Part shown: positions 50,294-58,764 of the stretch, in pieces
Layout of the letters: every line of letters starts with the position of its first letter
Numbering within the stretch: the stretch's first letter is position 1
Assembly: GCA_023251535.1 (NCBI GenBank)
Contig: JAHEYP010000001.1
Coordinates: forward strand, 146,178 to 210,177
DNA: 64,000 nt
Reading direction: 5' to 3'
From: Bacteroidota bacterium
GTDB taxonomy: Bacteria; Bacteroidota; Bacteroidia; AKYH767-A; OLB10
Notes under the pieces: generated by a model
What the model was told of the DNA's origin: nothing
What the model saw: the letters and a program-made list of their open reading frames with translations, nothing else
Databases searched by the model: none
Program-made: the position numbers and the translations under genes

Positions 50294-50663
50294 GTTCGTA
50301 GGTTTCAATAGATTTCTTCTATGAAACGAATTCCATTTTCAACGCAGCGGCATCAGAGAAATGCTCTGTCGTGCGCTATCCTACGGGTGATTTTACGGTC
50401 GCAGTGATTGCTACGCAATTTGGTAGCCCATTGAGTTCTATGTTTCAGTTAAACTTCCCATCGTTGCGCTCGCTGCTAAATCGCTGCATCGTCGCGTTTA
50501 AATATTTAATGAATTTTGAATTTGGAATTTGGGATTGCATACGCGCTTGAGGAGGAACACGGATTCGCTCCGACAGTGCAAGCACGTCGAAGCTAAAAGG
50601 ATACCCCGTTGGGGTAATGGATTAACGAGGATTTTTGAATCTACAATTGGATGATGTACAAGG

Positions 50664-50747
50664 CTATTATTGAGCCTGTCGAAATAAGATTATCGAGCGG
50701 CGGCTATTGAGCTTGTCGAAATATGGTCATCGAGCGGAGTCGAGATG
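50664..50747 (-). repeat. Module X, copy 5 (inverted orientation, expanded type)
   Basis: Plus strand ends ...TGGTCATCGAGCGGAGTCGAGATG, the reverse complement of the X core. GCTCAATAGCCGCCGCTCGAT and TTATTTCGAC words as in copy 3. Confidence 0.85.
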
Positions 50748-50779
50748 AAAAAAAAGCCCTGACATTTATCGTCAGGGCT
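50748..50779 (-). terminator. Rho-independent terminator of ppiD
   Basis: In minus sense, AGCCCTGAC-GATAAAT-GTCAGGGCT followed by TTTTTTTT, about 25 nt after the ppiD stop. Confidence 0.8.
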
Positions 50780-50803
50780 TTTCGAATATATTCTTACAAA
50801 GGA

Positions 50804-52894
50804 TTAATAGAACTTACCTCTGTTATCGTCGATATTTGCTTTTTCACGAAGTGCATTGAATACTTCGTATTGTGAACGTCCCGCTAATTGTTGACGTATT
50901 TGGTTCGCAGCATCTTTGAAATCTTTTGGCATTTGAGGCTCATTGAAGCTGTTTACAACAACAACATAAACTCCGCTAACACCTTTGATTGGAGCAGAAA
51001 CTTGTCCTGCTTTTAATGTCATCGCCGTTCCAACTACTGCACCTTCATTTCCTGCATTTCCTAAGAAAGGAGAAGCGAAAGAAACGTTTTCAGCAGGATT
51101 AACAGGTTGTTGAACTGCTGCTCCAATAGCATCGATATTGCTTCCTGCTTTGCTTAATTTCTCGATTAACTGTTGTGCTTTTTTATCGCGACGAGCTTCG
51201 TACGTTACTTGATCTTTAACTTGCTCTAATGTAGAGAATCCTTTTTCGCGGATATCAGTAAGCTTCGCTATTACGAAACGATTTCCGAATTCGAATGCTT
51301 TAGAGATATCTCCCACTTTAGCGCCAAACGACCAACGTACTAATTCACGTGAGTTTTCAAGAGCACCTACTTGACGAGCATTTTCAACGATATTTTGTTC
51401 TGATAACTTCGTTAAGTTTTGATCTTTTACAGCTTTATCATAAGCATCTGCAGTTGCATTTTTATTTGCGAACTCGTTAGCTTTTGTAAATACCATTTGC
51501 ATAGTTTTAGTACTTGGCTCAATACGTTTAGTAACGTTAGCCACTTGTACTTGACGAGATGCTGCACTGATATCTTCTACTTCAGCAATATGTAAACCGA
51601 ATTGAGTTTGAACAATTACGATTTCTCCTTTCTTAGCTCCGAAACAAGCATCGCTGAATTCTTTCACCATCATTTGTGAGTTGAACCAACCTAAGTCGCC
51701 ACCTTTTTGATTTGCAGCTTGGTCAGTTGAATACTGAGCAGCTAACAATTCAAATTTAGCACCGCCTTTTAAAGCTGTTTTAATACTATCGGCACGACCT
51801 CTAATTTCTGCATCTTTTGCAGGATCCATAGTCAATAAAATGTGACGAGCTTTTACCGAGTCAGCCATCATTTTAGATGCTGTTAACTTTGATAAACGGT
51901 ATGTTCCATTCTCTTCAAAAGGACCTACTACAGTTCCTACCGGAGCAGCAAACATAATAGAGTCGATGTTGAAAGGAAGTGTTCCTTTTTTGTGGAAAGA
52001 AGCATCAAATGGAGCATCTGAATTCGCAGCTACGAAAGCTGAATCGTTTGTTGCCGCTTTAAAGCCTTCAGTAATTTTAGCGATATCGTTAGCTGCCGCC
52101 TGACGATCTACATCAGAAGGATTAACATCGAATGTTACATAGTCGATTGCGCGACTAGCAACTTGCTTATATTTCTTTAAGTTCTCGTTGTATACTGCTT
52201 TTAAATCAGCATCACTAACTTCAAGTGTACTGTCAACAATTGTTGAATAAGGAATCATTACATACTTCAAAGAAGCAGTACGATTCTTAGCCATGAAATC
52301 TTCTTTCGCTTCAGCAGTAGTAACATAAAGACCTCCTTTTACAAGATCATTATATTTCTGTTGCATACGCTCTTGACGCATTGCTTTTTCGAAGATCACC
52401 CATTGTGCTTTCGTTTTTCCTGTAGGATCATTATCCATGTTCTTTAGGAACGTTAACACACTTGAAGGGTTAAATTGACCTGTTTTAGGATCAGTGAAAG
52501 CCTGACGAACTTGAGGATGGATGTTCTTACCTTGAACCATGTCGAACAACTCATCAGAAGATACAGTTAAGCCCAGTTTGTTGTACTGAGTTCCCATCAC
52601 CTCATCATTCACCAATTGGTTCCAAGCTTGCTCACGGATTTGATCCATTGTAGCTTGATCGATTGATTCGGTGTTGTTCTGAACTTTGTAATTGTTCGCC
52701 ATCTCTTGGACGCGACTTTCAAAATCCATCACATTTATCTTCTTTCCGGCGATAACACCAACAGAAGTTTCGTTTTTGCTGAAGATACCTTTACTCGAAG
52801 AGAATAAATCACCAAGAATAAACGCAAACAAGCTGAATCCTACGAAACCTATCAGTAGGCCTGCTCTATTCCTGATTTTTTCAATAACTGCCAT
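50804..52894 (-). CDS. ppiD: Periplasmic chaperone / peptidyl-prolyl isomerase PpiD-like
   Basis: 696 aa. N-terminal TM anchor, SurA-N-like region, parvulin domain (ARHILL...GGDLGWF...GLHI). Confidence 0.85.
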   Translation of the reverse strand: MAVIEKIRNRAGLLIGFVGFSLFAFILGDLFSSSKGIFSKNETSVGVIAGKKINVMDFESRVQEMANNYKVQNNTESIDQATMDQIREQAWNQLVNDEVMGTQYNKLGLTVSSDELFDMVQGKNIHPQVRQAFTDPKTGQFNPSSVLTFLKNMDNDPTGKTKAQWVIFEKAMRQERMQQKYNDLVKGGLYVTTAEAKEDFMAKNRTASLKYVMIPYSTIVDSTLEVSDADLKAVYNENLKKYKQVASRAIDYVTFDVNPSDVDRQAAANDIAKITEGFKAATNDSAFVAANSDAPFDASFHKKGTLPFNIDSIMFAAPVGTVVGPFEENGTYRLSKLTASKMMADSVKARHILLTMDPAKDAEIRGRADSIKTALKGGAKFELLAAQYSTDQAANQKGGDLGWFNSQMMVKEFSDACFGAKKGEIVIVQTQFGLHIAEVEDISAASRQVQVANVTKRIEPSTKTMQMVFTKANEFANKNATADAYDKAVKDQNLTKLSEQNIVENARQVGALENSRELVRWSFGAKVGDISKAFEFGNRFVIAKLTDIREKGFSTLEQVKDQVTYEARRDKKAQQLIEKLSKAGSNIDAIGAAVQQPVNPAENVSFASPFLGNAGNEGAVVGTAMTLKAGQVSAPIKGVSGVYVVVVNSFNEPQMPKDFKDAANQIRQQLAGRSQYEVFNALREKANIDDNRGKFY

Positions 52895-53025
52895 AGTACT
52901 TTGAATTTCTTATTAAGGGTGCGAATATACGACTCTATTTTGTACGAGGAAAGGGTTCGAGGGTTCGAAACACGAAAATAGTTGACTGATTTTCAATAGA
53001 ATTATTAAAACAGCCTGTTTTTACC

Positions 53026-53220
53026 TCAATTTCGGGCTGAACGGTGTTTTTGCATGGTGATTCTTTGCTTCCTCCGAACCAACCAAAAGATGGTGGCTAC
53101 CAGCGTAAAAAGGAAAAACCAGATAGCAGATGACAGCGAGTCGGTCGTTAGTTTAAAAACGCCCATCCCCGCTCCCAAAAGAGCAATGATCATCCATGAT
53201 ATTTCCAATATGCGAAGCAT
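53026..53220 (-). CDS. Small two-TM membrane protein
   Basis: 64 aa with two hydrophobic helices and a basic C-terminus. No family recognised. Confidence 0.4.
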   Translation of the reverse strand: MLRILEISWMIIALLGAGMGVFKLTTDSLSSAIWFFLFTLVATIFWLVRRKQRITMQKHRSARN

Positions 53221-53223
53221 CGT

Positions 53224-53781
53224 TTATTGCTTTACGGTAATCCTGCCAGTTACGTTGAAGATTTTGTACCTGCTGAAGTCCTGATTTGCTTCAAATCCTT
53301 TCCCCATAATGATTTCTTCAGGGGTGGTTATTTTAACAAATTGATCGGAAGATAAGAGTTCTTTCCTTTCGTCCCAAATTAACTTTTCAGTATTTAGCTT
53401 TTCGCCCTTCTCATTGATCACTTCTACATCATTTTTGGCTTCCCAACGGTGTTCCAACTCATAATGTATGGCGTATTTGGCCGATAATCGGGAGGTGACT
53501 TTCTTGTTTTGGTCGAAAAATTCAATCACCATTCCTCCGGGTAATTCGGTTACGGCCTTCGGACGAATTTTCTTCAACATCGAGAGTGCCGTTACCTTCA
53601 CTTTTACCATGCCCGAGTCGCTGTAAAGGGTTTCGAGTCCTTTGATTTCTTCAATCGGATCGTTTACCGTTGCCGTTACCCTGGCAATCTCGGCATTGTC
53701 GTTTTCACAGGAGCTTAAAAAGCAGACTGTCACAGCCGCCGTTGCGAGTAAAAGTGTATAAAATTTGCGCTTCGGCATCAC
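53224..53781 (-). CDS. lptC: LptC-like LPS export periplasmic protein (lipoprotein form)
   Basis: 185 aa. Lipobox FLSSC. OstA/LptC-like beta-jellyroll pattern (LIWDERKELLSSDQFVKITTPEEIIMGKGFEA). coaX-OMP-lptC neighbourhood. Confidence 0.55.
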   Translation of the reverse strand: MMPKRKFYTLLLATAAVTVCFLSSCENDNAEIARVTATVNDPIEEIKGLETLYSDSGMVKVKVTALSMLKKIRPKAVTELPGGMVIEFFDQNKKVTSRLSAKYAIHYELEHRWEAKNDVEVINEKGEKLNTEKLIWDERKELLSSDQFVKITTPEEIIMGKGFEANQDFSRYKIFNVTGRITVKQ

Positions 53782-53786
53782 TGGTA

Positions 53787-55076
53787 TTAATCGTATTTAC
53801 GCTTTTGGAACCACACTTCATTGAAGGTTAATCCAAGTACTATGCGTGCATATTGTTCTTTAATCAAATTGTCGGTTGTAGTTCCACGTTGACCGAATTC
53901 GAGTGCAATGTTTACAGCAGATTGCAACGATTTACGAAGTGGTAATCCTACTCCTAATGATACTCCGTATTCGTTCAATTGATTGCCTCTTAACTCGAGT
54001 GATGTTTGGTTGTAATACACTCCTGCACGATAAACCACTCGATTGAAATAACTCGTTGAAGTAATATCAGGAGTTAAGCTTCCGCCCAACGCAATTCCCA
54101 TGCTGTTTTTAAGTGTATCGGTTGTACCAAACGACTTATACGAACTCCAATCTTGGTACGTGAAATCAACTCCCGCTTGCCATTTAGTTCCGCTTGTTAG
54201 GTTAAATCCGATTCCGGCATATGCAGGCAAGGTTACTGTTCCAGTTACATCAGGTTGATAAAGGATGGTATCTTTCAAAATATCACTTCCCGATGATCCG
54301 ATGCGGTAGTTAACCCACCACAGTGTACGCTTTGCTTTTACTGCTTGCGCAGGTGCTCCAACAATACCGATTCCGAGAGTAGTTTTATCATTGATTTTTT
54401 GTTTCCAATGTAATCCCATTTCAAAATAAAAATCGCTGATATTTACATCATCTTGATAGTTATTATTGAACATTAATGTATTTGAAAATTCAGCGCGTCG
54501 CTGGCGAGTAACCGTACCAAACAGGTAATCGGCATTCACTCCTAACGATAGGTTTTTAGTGATGTTGGCACCCAATCCGAGGAAATATCGCGTATATCCG
54601 CCGCTTCCTTTGTAATGTGATGTTAAGGTAGTTCCTAAAGTATCGATTCCAGCGTTTTCTGTCGAGTTAATATCGTATCCTTTTCCGCTATAGGGAACAA
54701 TACCAAATGCTAATCCGATTTTATTCTTCAGCACTGGGAATCCGAGCGAAAGTGTATTTAAACGCGAATTTGTTTTTTGAACTTTTAGGTCGCCTTGCGT
54801 TTGTTTGATGACTTCAGCATCGAGACCGAATTCAACCACCATTACCGAATCATAGGCATAAGTTGCGGGATTCGAAAAATTTAAACTTCCAGCCGATGTT
54901 CCGCCATAAGCTACTCCTCCCATTCCTCGCTGGTGCGAGAAGCCTCTAAACAACATTTCACCGATTCCGAAACGTGAATAAGGCGACAAAGTACTGGTTT
55001 GAGCAAAGAGTCCTGACGACAATAACAAACCGATCATTGCCGGTATTGCCTTTTTATTGATGATGTTGAGCTTCAT
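53787..55076 (-). CDS. Outer-membrane beta-barrel protein of unknown function
   Basis: Signal peptide (LLLSSGLFAQ) and alternating beta-strand pattern throughout. Its ATG overlaps the coaX stop (TAATG). Confidence 0.6.
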   Translation of the reverse strand: MKLNIINKKAIPAMIGLLLSSGLFAQTSTLSPYSRFGIGEMLFRGFSHQRGMGGVAYGGTSAGSLNFSNPATYAYDSVMVVEFGLDAEVIKQTQGDLKVQKTNSRLNTLSLGFPVLKNKIGLAFGIVPYSGKGYDINSTENAGIDTLGTTLTSHYKGSGGYTRYFLGLGANITKNLSLGVNADYLFGTVTRQRRAEFSNTLMFNNNYQDDVNISDFYFEMGLHWKQKINDKTTLGIGIVGAPAQAVKAKRTLWWVNYRIGSSGSDILKDTILYQPDVTGTVTLPAYAGIGFNLTSGTKWQAGVDFTYQDWSSYKSFGTTDTLKNSMGIALGGSLTPDITSTSYFNRVVYRAGVYYNQTSLELRGNQLNEYGVSLGVGLPLRKSLQSAVNIALEFGQRGTTTDNLIKEQYARIVLGLTFNEVWFQKRKYD

Positions 55077-55795
55077 TATTGATTATAACGCAAGATTTCC
55101 CGCAATCCAGTTAATGTCAGATCCGGGGCTGCAAAGATGAATGTTTTAAGGCTATTATAAAAGTGAAGATAGTCGCCACCCGTAATAACGCATATTAAAT
55201 CGGGAAACTGGTTAGAATATTGTGCAGATATTCCCTTAATCTCGGCCAACATGCCATGAATGACGCCAGATAATATCGATTCCTCGGTATTTTTCCCGAT
55301 CAAAGGACTTTCATCGCGATAAGCAATTAGCGGGAGGCGAGCTGTATAATCGTGCAAAGCTTTAAAACGCATATTTAATCCGGGGGAGATGGCACCACCT
55401 TCGTAGCCATTTTCGGGGTGAACAAAGTCGAACTTCAGGCATGTACCGCAATCGATTGCCAACACGGGTCTGCCGGGATAAAGGGCTGCCGCTCCTACTG
55501 CATTGGAAATGCGGTCGGTACCTAACGTTTGCGGAGTACCATAACTATTGGCAATAGGCAAAGGAGTAGATGAATTAACCTCCAATTTGAAAGGTATTTT
55601 ATCAAAAATGGTGGATAAATAGTCAGGAATATGCGTTACAGATGAAAAAACCAGATGATTACAAGAATGGGTCTGAAAGAAATTTTCGATATCATTTTTA
55701 TCGGAATAACCGAACTTCTGACTGACAATCAATCTATTATCATCAAAAACACCCAGTTTTAATGCAGTATTCCCTAAATCGGCAGCTATAATCAT
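55076..55795 (-). CDS. coaX: Type III pantothenate kinase
   Basis: IIAADLGNTALK N-terminus, GTDR motif, ITGGD motif. Confidence 0.93.
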   Translation of the reverse strand: MIIAADLGNTALKLGVFDDNRLIVSQKFGYSDKNDIENFFQTHSCNHLVFSSVTHIPDYLSTIFDKIPFKLEVNSSTPLPIANSYGTPQTLGTDRISNAVGAAALYPGRPVLAIDCGTCLKFDFVHPENGYEGGAISPGLNMRFKALHDYTARLPLIAYRDESPLIGKNTEESILSGVIHGMLAEIKGISAQYSNQFPDLICVITGGDYLHFYNSLKTFIFAAPDLTLTGLREILRYNQ

Positions 55796-55915
55796 CGAGG
55801 CAAAATAAGTAAATTGCCGTCAATGTAGCGCATTGAAAATAAGGCAATAGCAAAATATTTTCGGGAATTTCACTATTTCCTGCCCCAAATAAGCTTTGTT
55901 TTAATGAAAATATTA

Positions 55916-55923
55916 TACTTTTG
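55916..55923 (+). promoter_or_regulatory. -7 box (TACTTTTG) for tRNA-Phe
   Basis: Exact TAnnTTTG 13 nt upstream of the tRNA 5' end, with a TTTG about 18 nt further upstream. Confidence 0.5.
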
Positions 55924-55935
55924 CGCCCTCACTAA

Positions 55936-56008
55936 GGTGATGTAGCTCAGTCGGTAGAGCAAAGGACTGAAAATCCTTGTGTCGGCGGTTCGATCCCGTC
56001 CATCACCA
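55936..56008 (+). tRNA. tRNA-Phe (GAA)
   Basis: GGTGATG/CATCACC acceptor stem, TAGCTCAGTCGGTAGAGC D arm, anticodon loop CTGAAAA, GGTTCGATCC T arm. No encoded CCA. Confidence 0.95.
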
Positions 56009-56041
56009 CAAAAATTCTTTCAAACTAACGCCTACATTCTC

Positions 56042-56443
56042 ATGAAAAGTTCACAGGCACGCTACCGTAAGGTTTTGCTTATTGACGATAATGAGATTGA
56101 TAATTTCATTAATGAAAGAATGATTACTTCTAGTCGTTTTGCCGAAGAAGTAGTCGTAAAAAACTCAGCCGACGCTGCGTTATCTCATCTCCAATCGTTA
56201 TCAGATGCTGCCGACTTCCCTGAAGTTGTGTTTTTGGATTTAAATATGCCGGTAAAAGACGGATTTGGCTTTTTGGCTGAATTTGAATTATTGCCAACGG
56301 AATTGAAAAACACATGCAAAATTGTTGTCCTTTCCTCTTCAATCAGTCCTGAAGACATCAACAAGGCGTCAACCAATACTTATGTATTTAAATACGTAAA
56401 TAAGCCATTGAGTGAAAAATATCTCGACGCTATTACCTTTTAG
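56042..56443 (+). CDS. Single-domain response regulator (CheY-like receiver)
   Basis: VLLIDDNE, FLDLNMP (phospho-Asp), VLSSS and NKPL motifs. The track start at 55979 overlaps the tRNA, so the ATG at 56042 is used. Confidence 0.85.
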   Translation: MKSSQARYRKVLLIDDNEIDNFINERMITSSRFAEEVVVKNSADAALSHLQSLSDAADFPEVVFLDLNMPVKDGFGFLAEFELLPTELKNTCKIVVLSSSISPEDINKASTNTYVFKYVNKPLSEKYLDAITF

Positions 56444-56462
56444 AATTAATGGATAAATGAAA

Positions 56463-56497
56463 AGGGGCTATCATAATGATGGCCCCTTTTTTTATTT
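56463..56497 (+). terminator. Rho-independent terminator after the receiver gene
   Basis: AGGGGCTATCA-TAA-TGATGGCCCCT 11-bp stem followed by TTTTTTTATTTT. Confidence 0.8.
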
Positions 56498-56510
56498 TGG
56501 ATTGAAAAAG

Positions 56511-56649
56511 GGAACACGGATGACACAGATTTGAAATGGATTTAAAAGGATTTTTTACCTTTAAAATCAGGTTGTGTTTGAATTCCTATTTTATTAAGTG
56601 CTTTTCAATAGTGCGAAGCACTTTTGTTATGATCTCGTCTTCGACGAGG
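56511..56649 (+). repeat. About 140-bp composite repeat unit 1 (module Y copy 2 + module Z copy 1)
   Basis: GGAACACGGATGACACAGATTTGAAATGGATTTAAAAGGATTT ... GTGCGAAGCACTTTTGTTATGATCTCGTCTTCGACGAGG. Confidence 0.9.
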
Positions 56650-56727
56650 ATTGCTGGCGCCGATGGTGGCTGACGAAATTTGGAAGGGCGGTTACGTCCA
56701 GACATTTTGACGAAGGAGAAATCGTCA

Positions 56728-56865
56728 GGAAACGCAGATGACGCAGATTTGAAATGGATTTAAAAGGATTTTTACTTTTAAGATTTTTCATGCTCTTGAA
56801 ATCCTCTCCATCCTATTGTTTAAATGGTGCGAAGCACTTTTGTTATGATCTCGTCTGCGACGAGG
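56728..56865 (+). repeat. About 140-bp composite repeat unit 2 (module Y copy 3 + module Z copy 2)
   Basis: GGAAACGCAGATGACGCAGATTTGAAATGGATTTAAAAGGATTT ... GTGCGAAGCACTTTTGTTATGATCTCGTCTGCGACGAGG, 217 bp after unit 1. Confidence 0.9.
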
Positions 56866-56892
56866 GATTCAGTGAAAATATATTTAAAAACG

Positions 56893-56923
56893 AAAGGGGC
56901 TATCATAACTGACAGCCCCTTTT
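56893..56923. terminator. Hairpin terminator, probably serving the minus-strand 516-aa gene (T-rich on both sides)
   Basis: AAAGGGGCT...AGCCCCTTT stem. The left arm (AAAGGGGCTATCATAA) is identical to the hairpin at 56463. Confidence 0.6.
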
Positions 56924-56946
56924 ATTTTCACAGATATAATCTTGAA

Positions 56947-58497
56947 TTAATCTTTAATTGGGTTACTCATACGGCGAAGAACGTTATCGTCGGCACGAAC
57001 ATAAGTAAGTACAGGGAAAGTTCCTTTATTCATCTCTTCGAATTCATGCCACATTTCGGCAATCTTCTTCACCTTGCGACGATAGTCGGCAGGCTTAAGC
57101 GCAGTCTTTAATATTTTCATAAAGAATTTCGCTGATTCGAATTCATCTTCTTGTTCACGCACCTGACGTTTTAAGCTGCTGATGATTTGCATGCATAAGC
57201 TATCATCGCCAAGGATACAATATTGAAGAGCTTGGAACAATTTGCAATCAACATCGGTAGCCATAAAATGCTTCAACGACATTTGATTTCTAAGTTCATT
57301 CATCTTACGCGCTGCACCATGGTAGTCGCGTTGATAATATTTCACAGTAGCAAGGAAGCGTTTTAATGAGATATAATGATACGCTTCATTCATATCAACA
57401 TCTACTTCTTTCTCGAGTGATTCGTAACCGAATTGAAGGTGATCCATATTACCATCAATTAAATACTTCAATACTTTAGAACGAAGGAATTGAACTAAGA
57501 AGAAATGCATCATATGCTTCTCCATCAAATCAGGCATTTGTTGGTGTACGCGTTGCAGATAATAATCGGCACGTACAATATTTCCTGTTCTGATATAGTA
57601 TTCGAAATACATTAAGTCAGTGATGCCTTTGATGTTTTGGTAGAAAGTATCCATCGGATAATTCTCGAACACCTGCGACATTTTCTGAATAATATTCTCG
57701 ATTTCTAATTCGCGTGCTTTTAATCCGTCGATCTTATGAGGCACATTACACAAATAATAAATACGTGCGATATTGTACAACACAAACAAACGATGTGAAT
57801 CGTATAACTCGCAAATATTTGCAAGTTCACGCTTCATCATAATCACTTCTTCGAGATCAGACTCACGTTGGTTTAATTGATATTCTCCGATTTTTTTAAT
57901 CATTCGGAAGAATAAATTTTCAGCTTTAGATACAGCCAATGAAAAAGCTACATGCTTACTGAATTTGTTTTCATAGAAATCATAATCTTCGGTATACAAA
58001 TGCAATTGTGCAAGAGTTTTATATACTAAGATCAATTCTGCATTTAAATCATATTCGATTAATTGCTTTTCCAATTCGCGCAAAGCTCTTACAGAGAACT
58101 CACGATTATTACCGAATAAATGTGCGGGAACGCGAGAAACCTCATCCATTAAAGTTTGGATAGGGTTTTGAACTTTTTTACTAAGTACTGCTGCGATTTT
58201 TGAATTCAATCGCGATTTTAAAGTGTAGTAAGCACTGGGATTCACCTGAAGAATCTCCATCATTTCACTGTCTTCTACATCACGTGATCGGGTTGTTTCG
58301 AGGACCAAAAAAGGTTTGTTTTTCTTCTTACCTGATACTTCCATTAGAAGCTGTTGGTATTCGTCTTCCGATAATTTCTTGATGGTTTTACTAAGGATGT
58401 CCATTTTGTCTTTTGGGATTAAATTTAATACCTGGGATTTGTGCCTCTTACGTGAAAAGTTGATGTAAGGTTCTGGTTGATTTTGATTTTTTTTCAA
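56947..58497 (-). CDS. All-helical hypothetical protein with possible N-terminal HTH and TPR-like repeats
   Basis: 516 aa. An N-terminal segment (MEILQVNPSAYYTLKSRLNSKI) looks HTH-like. The rest is helical-repeat-like. No family recognised. Confidence 0.45.
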   Translation of the reverse strand: MKKNQNQPEPYINFSRKRHKSQVLNLIPKDKMDILSKTIKKLSEDEYQQLLMEVSGKKKNKPFLVLETTRSRDVEDSEMMEILQVNPSAYYTLKSRLNSKIAAVLSKKVQNPIQTLMDEVSRVPAHLFGNNREFSVRALRELEKQLIEYDLNAELILVYKTLAQLHLYTEDYDFYENKFSKHVAFSLAVSKAENLFFRMIKKIGEYQLNQRESDLEEVIMMKRELANICELYDSHRLFVLYNIARIYYLCNVPHKIDGLKARELEIENIIQKMSQVFENYPMDTFYQNIKGITDLMYFEYYIRTGNIVRADYYLQRVHQQMPDLMEKHMMHFFLVQFLRSKVLKYLIDGNMDHLQFGYESLEKEVDVDMNEAYHYISLKRFLATVKYYQRDYHGAARKMNELRNQMSLKHFMATDVDCKLFQALQYCILGDDSLCMQIISSLKRQVREQEDEFESAKFFMKILKTALKPADYRRKVKKIAEMWHEFEEMNKGTFPVLTYVRADDNVLRRMSNPIKD

Positions 58498-58530
58498 ATA
58501 CGAGAGTAAACATCTCTCATATAGGGAAAA

Positions 58531-58556
58531 TGTAACCTTCCCGAATAACCTCCGTA
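58531..58556 (+). promoter_or_regulatory. Motif TGTAACCTTCCCGAA-N-CGT (copy 1)
   Basis: GTAACC then 15 nt then CGT. Shares TGTAACCTTYC.GAA with the copy at 58765. Confidence 0.25.
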
Positions 58557-58764
58557 TGAAAAGGCCGATGCATGATGTAATGCCATTAGTAACCGGTTGA
58601 AAAATGTGAGAACCGACACTTCAAAAAAGGATCAAATCTTACACACTAAATTCCGATTATTATAAGCACCGAAAACATTACTTCAGACATAAGAATCGAC
58701 AATGACTGCTTTAATACCTAATAAATAAGAGCAACGGCGATCGATTTCTTACAAATGGAAGATG

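Noticed and set aside
50455-50500. tmRNA-like tag: GCGCTCGCTGCTAAA could read ALAA.
   Set aside because: No stop follows the ALAA codons in that frame. There is no tRNA-like acceptor/T-arm nearby and no GGGGCTGA-type 5' end.
55979-56041. N-terminal extension of the receiver ORF in the track.
   Set aside because: It overlaps the tRNA-Phe gene. The conserved receiver fold starts right after the internal ATG at 56042.
56824-57111. 95-aa plus-strand ORF starting in the repeat spacer.
   Set aside because: It begins inside module Z and runs antisense into the 516-aa gene, with no motifs.
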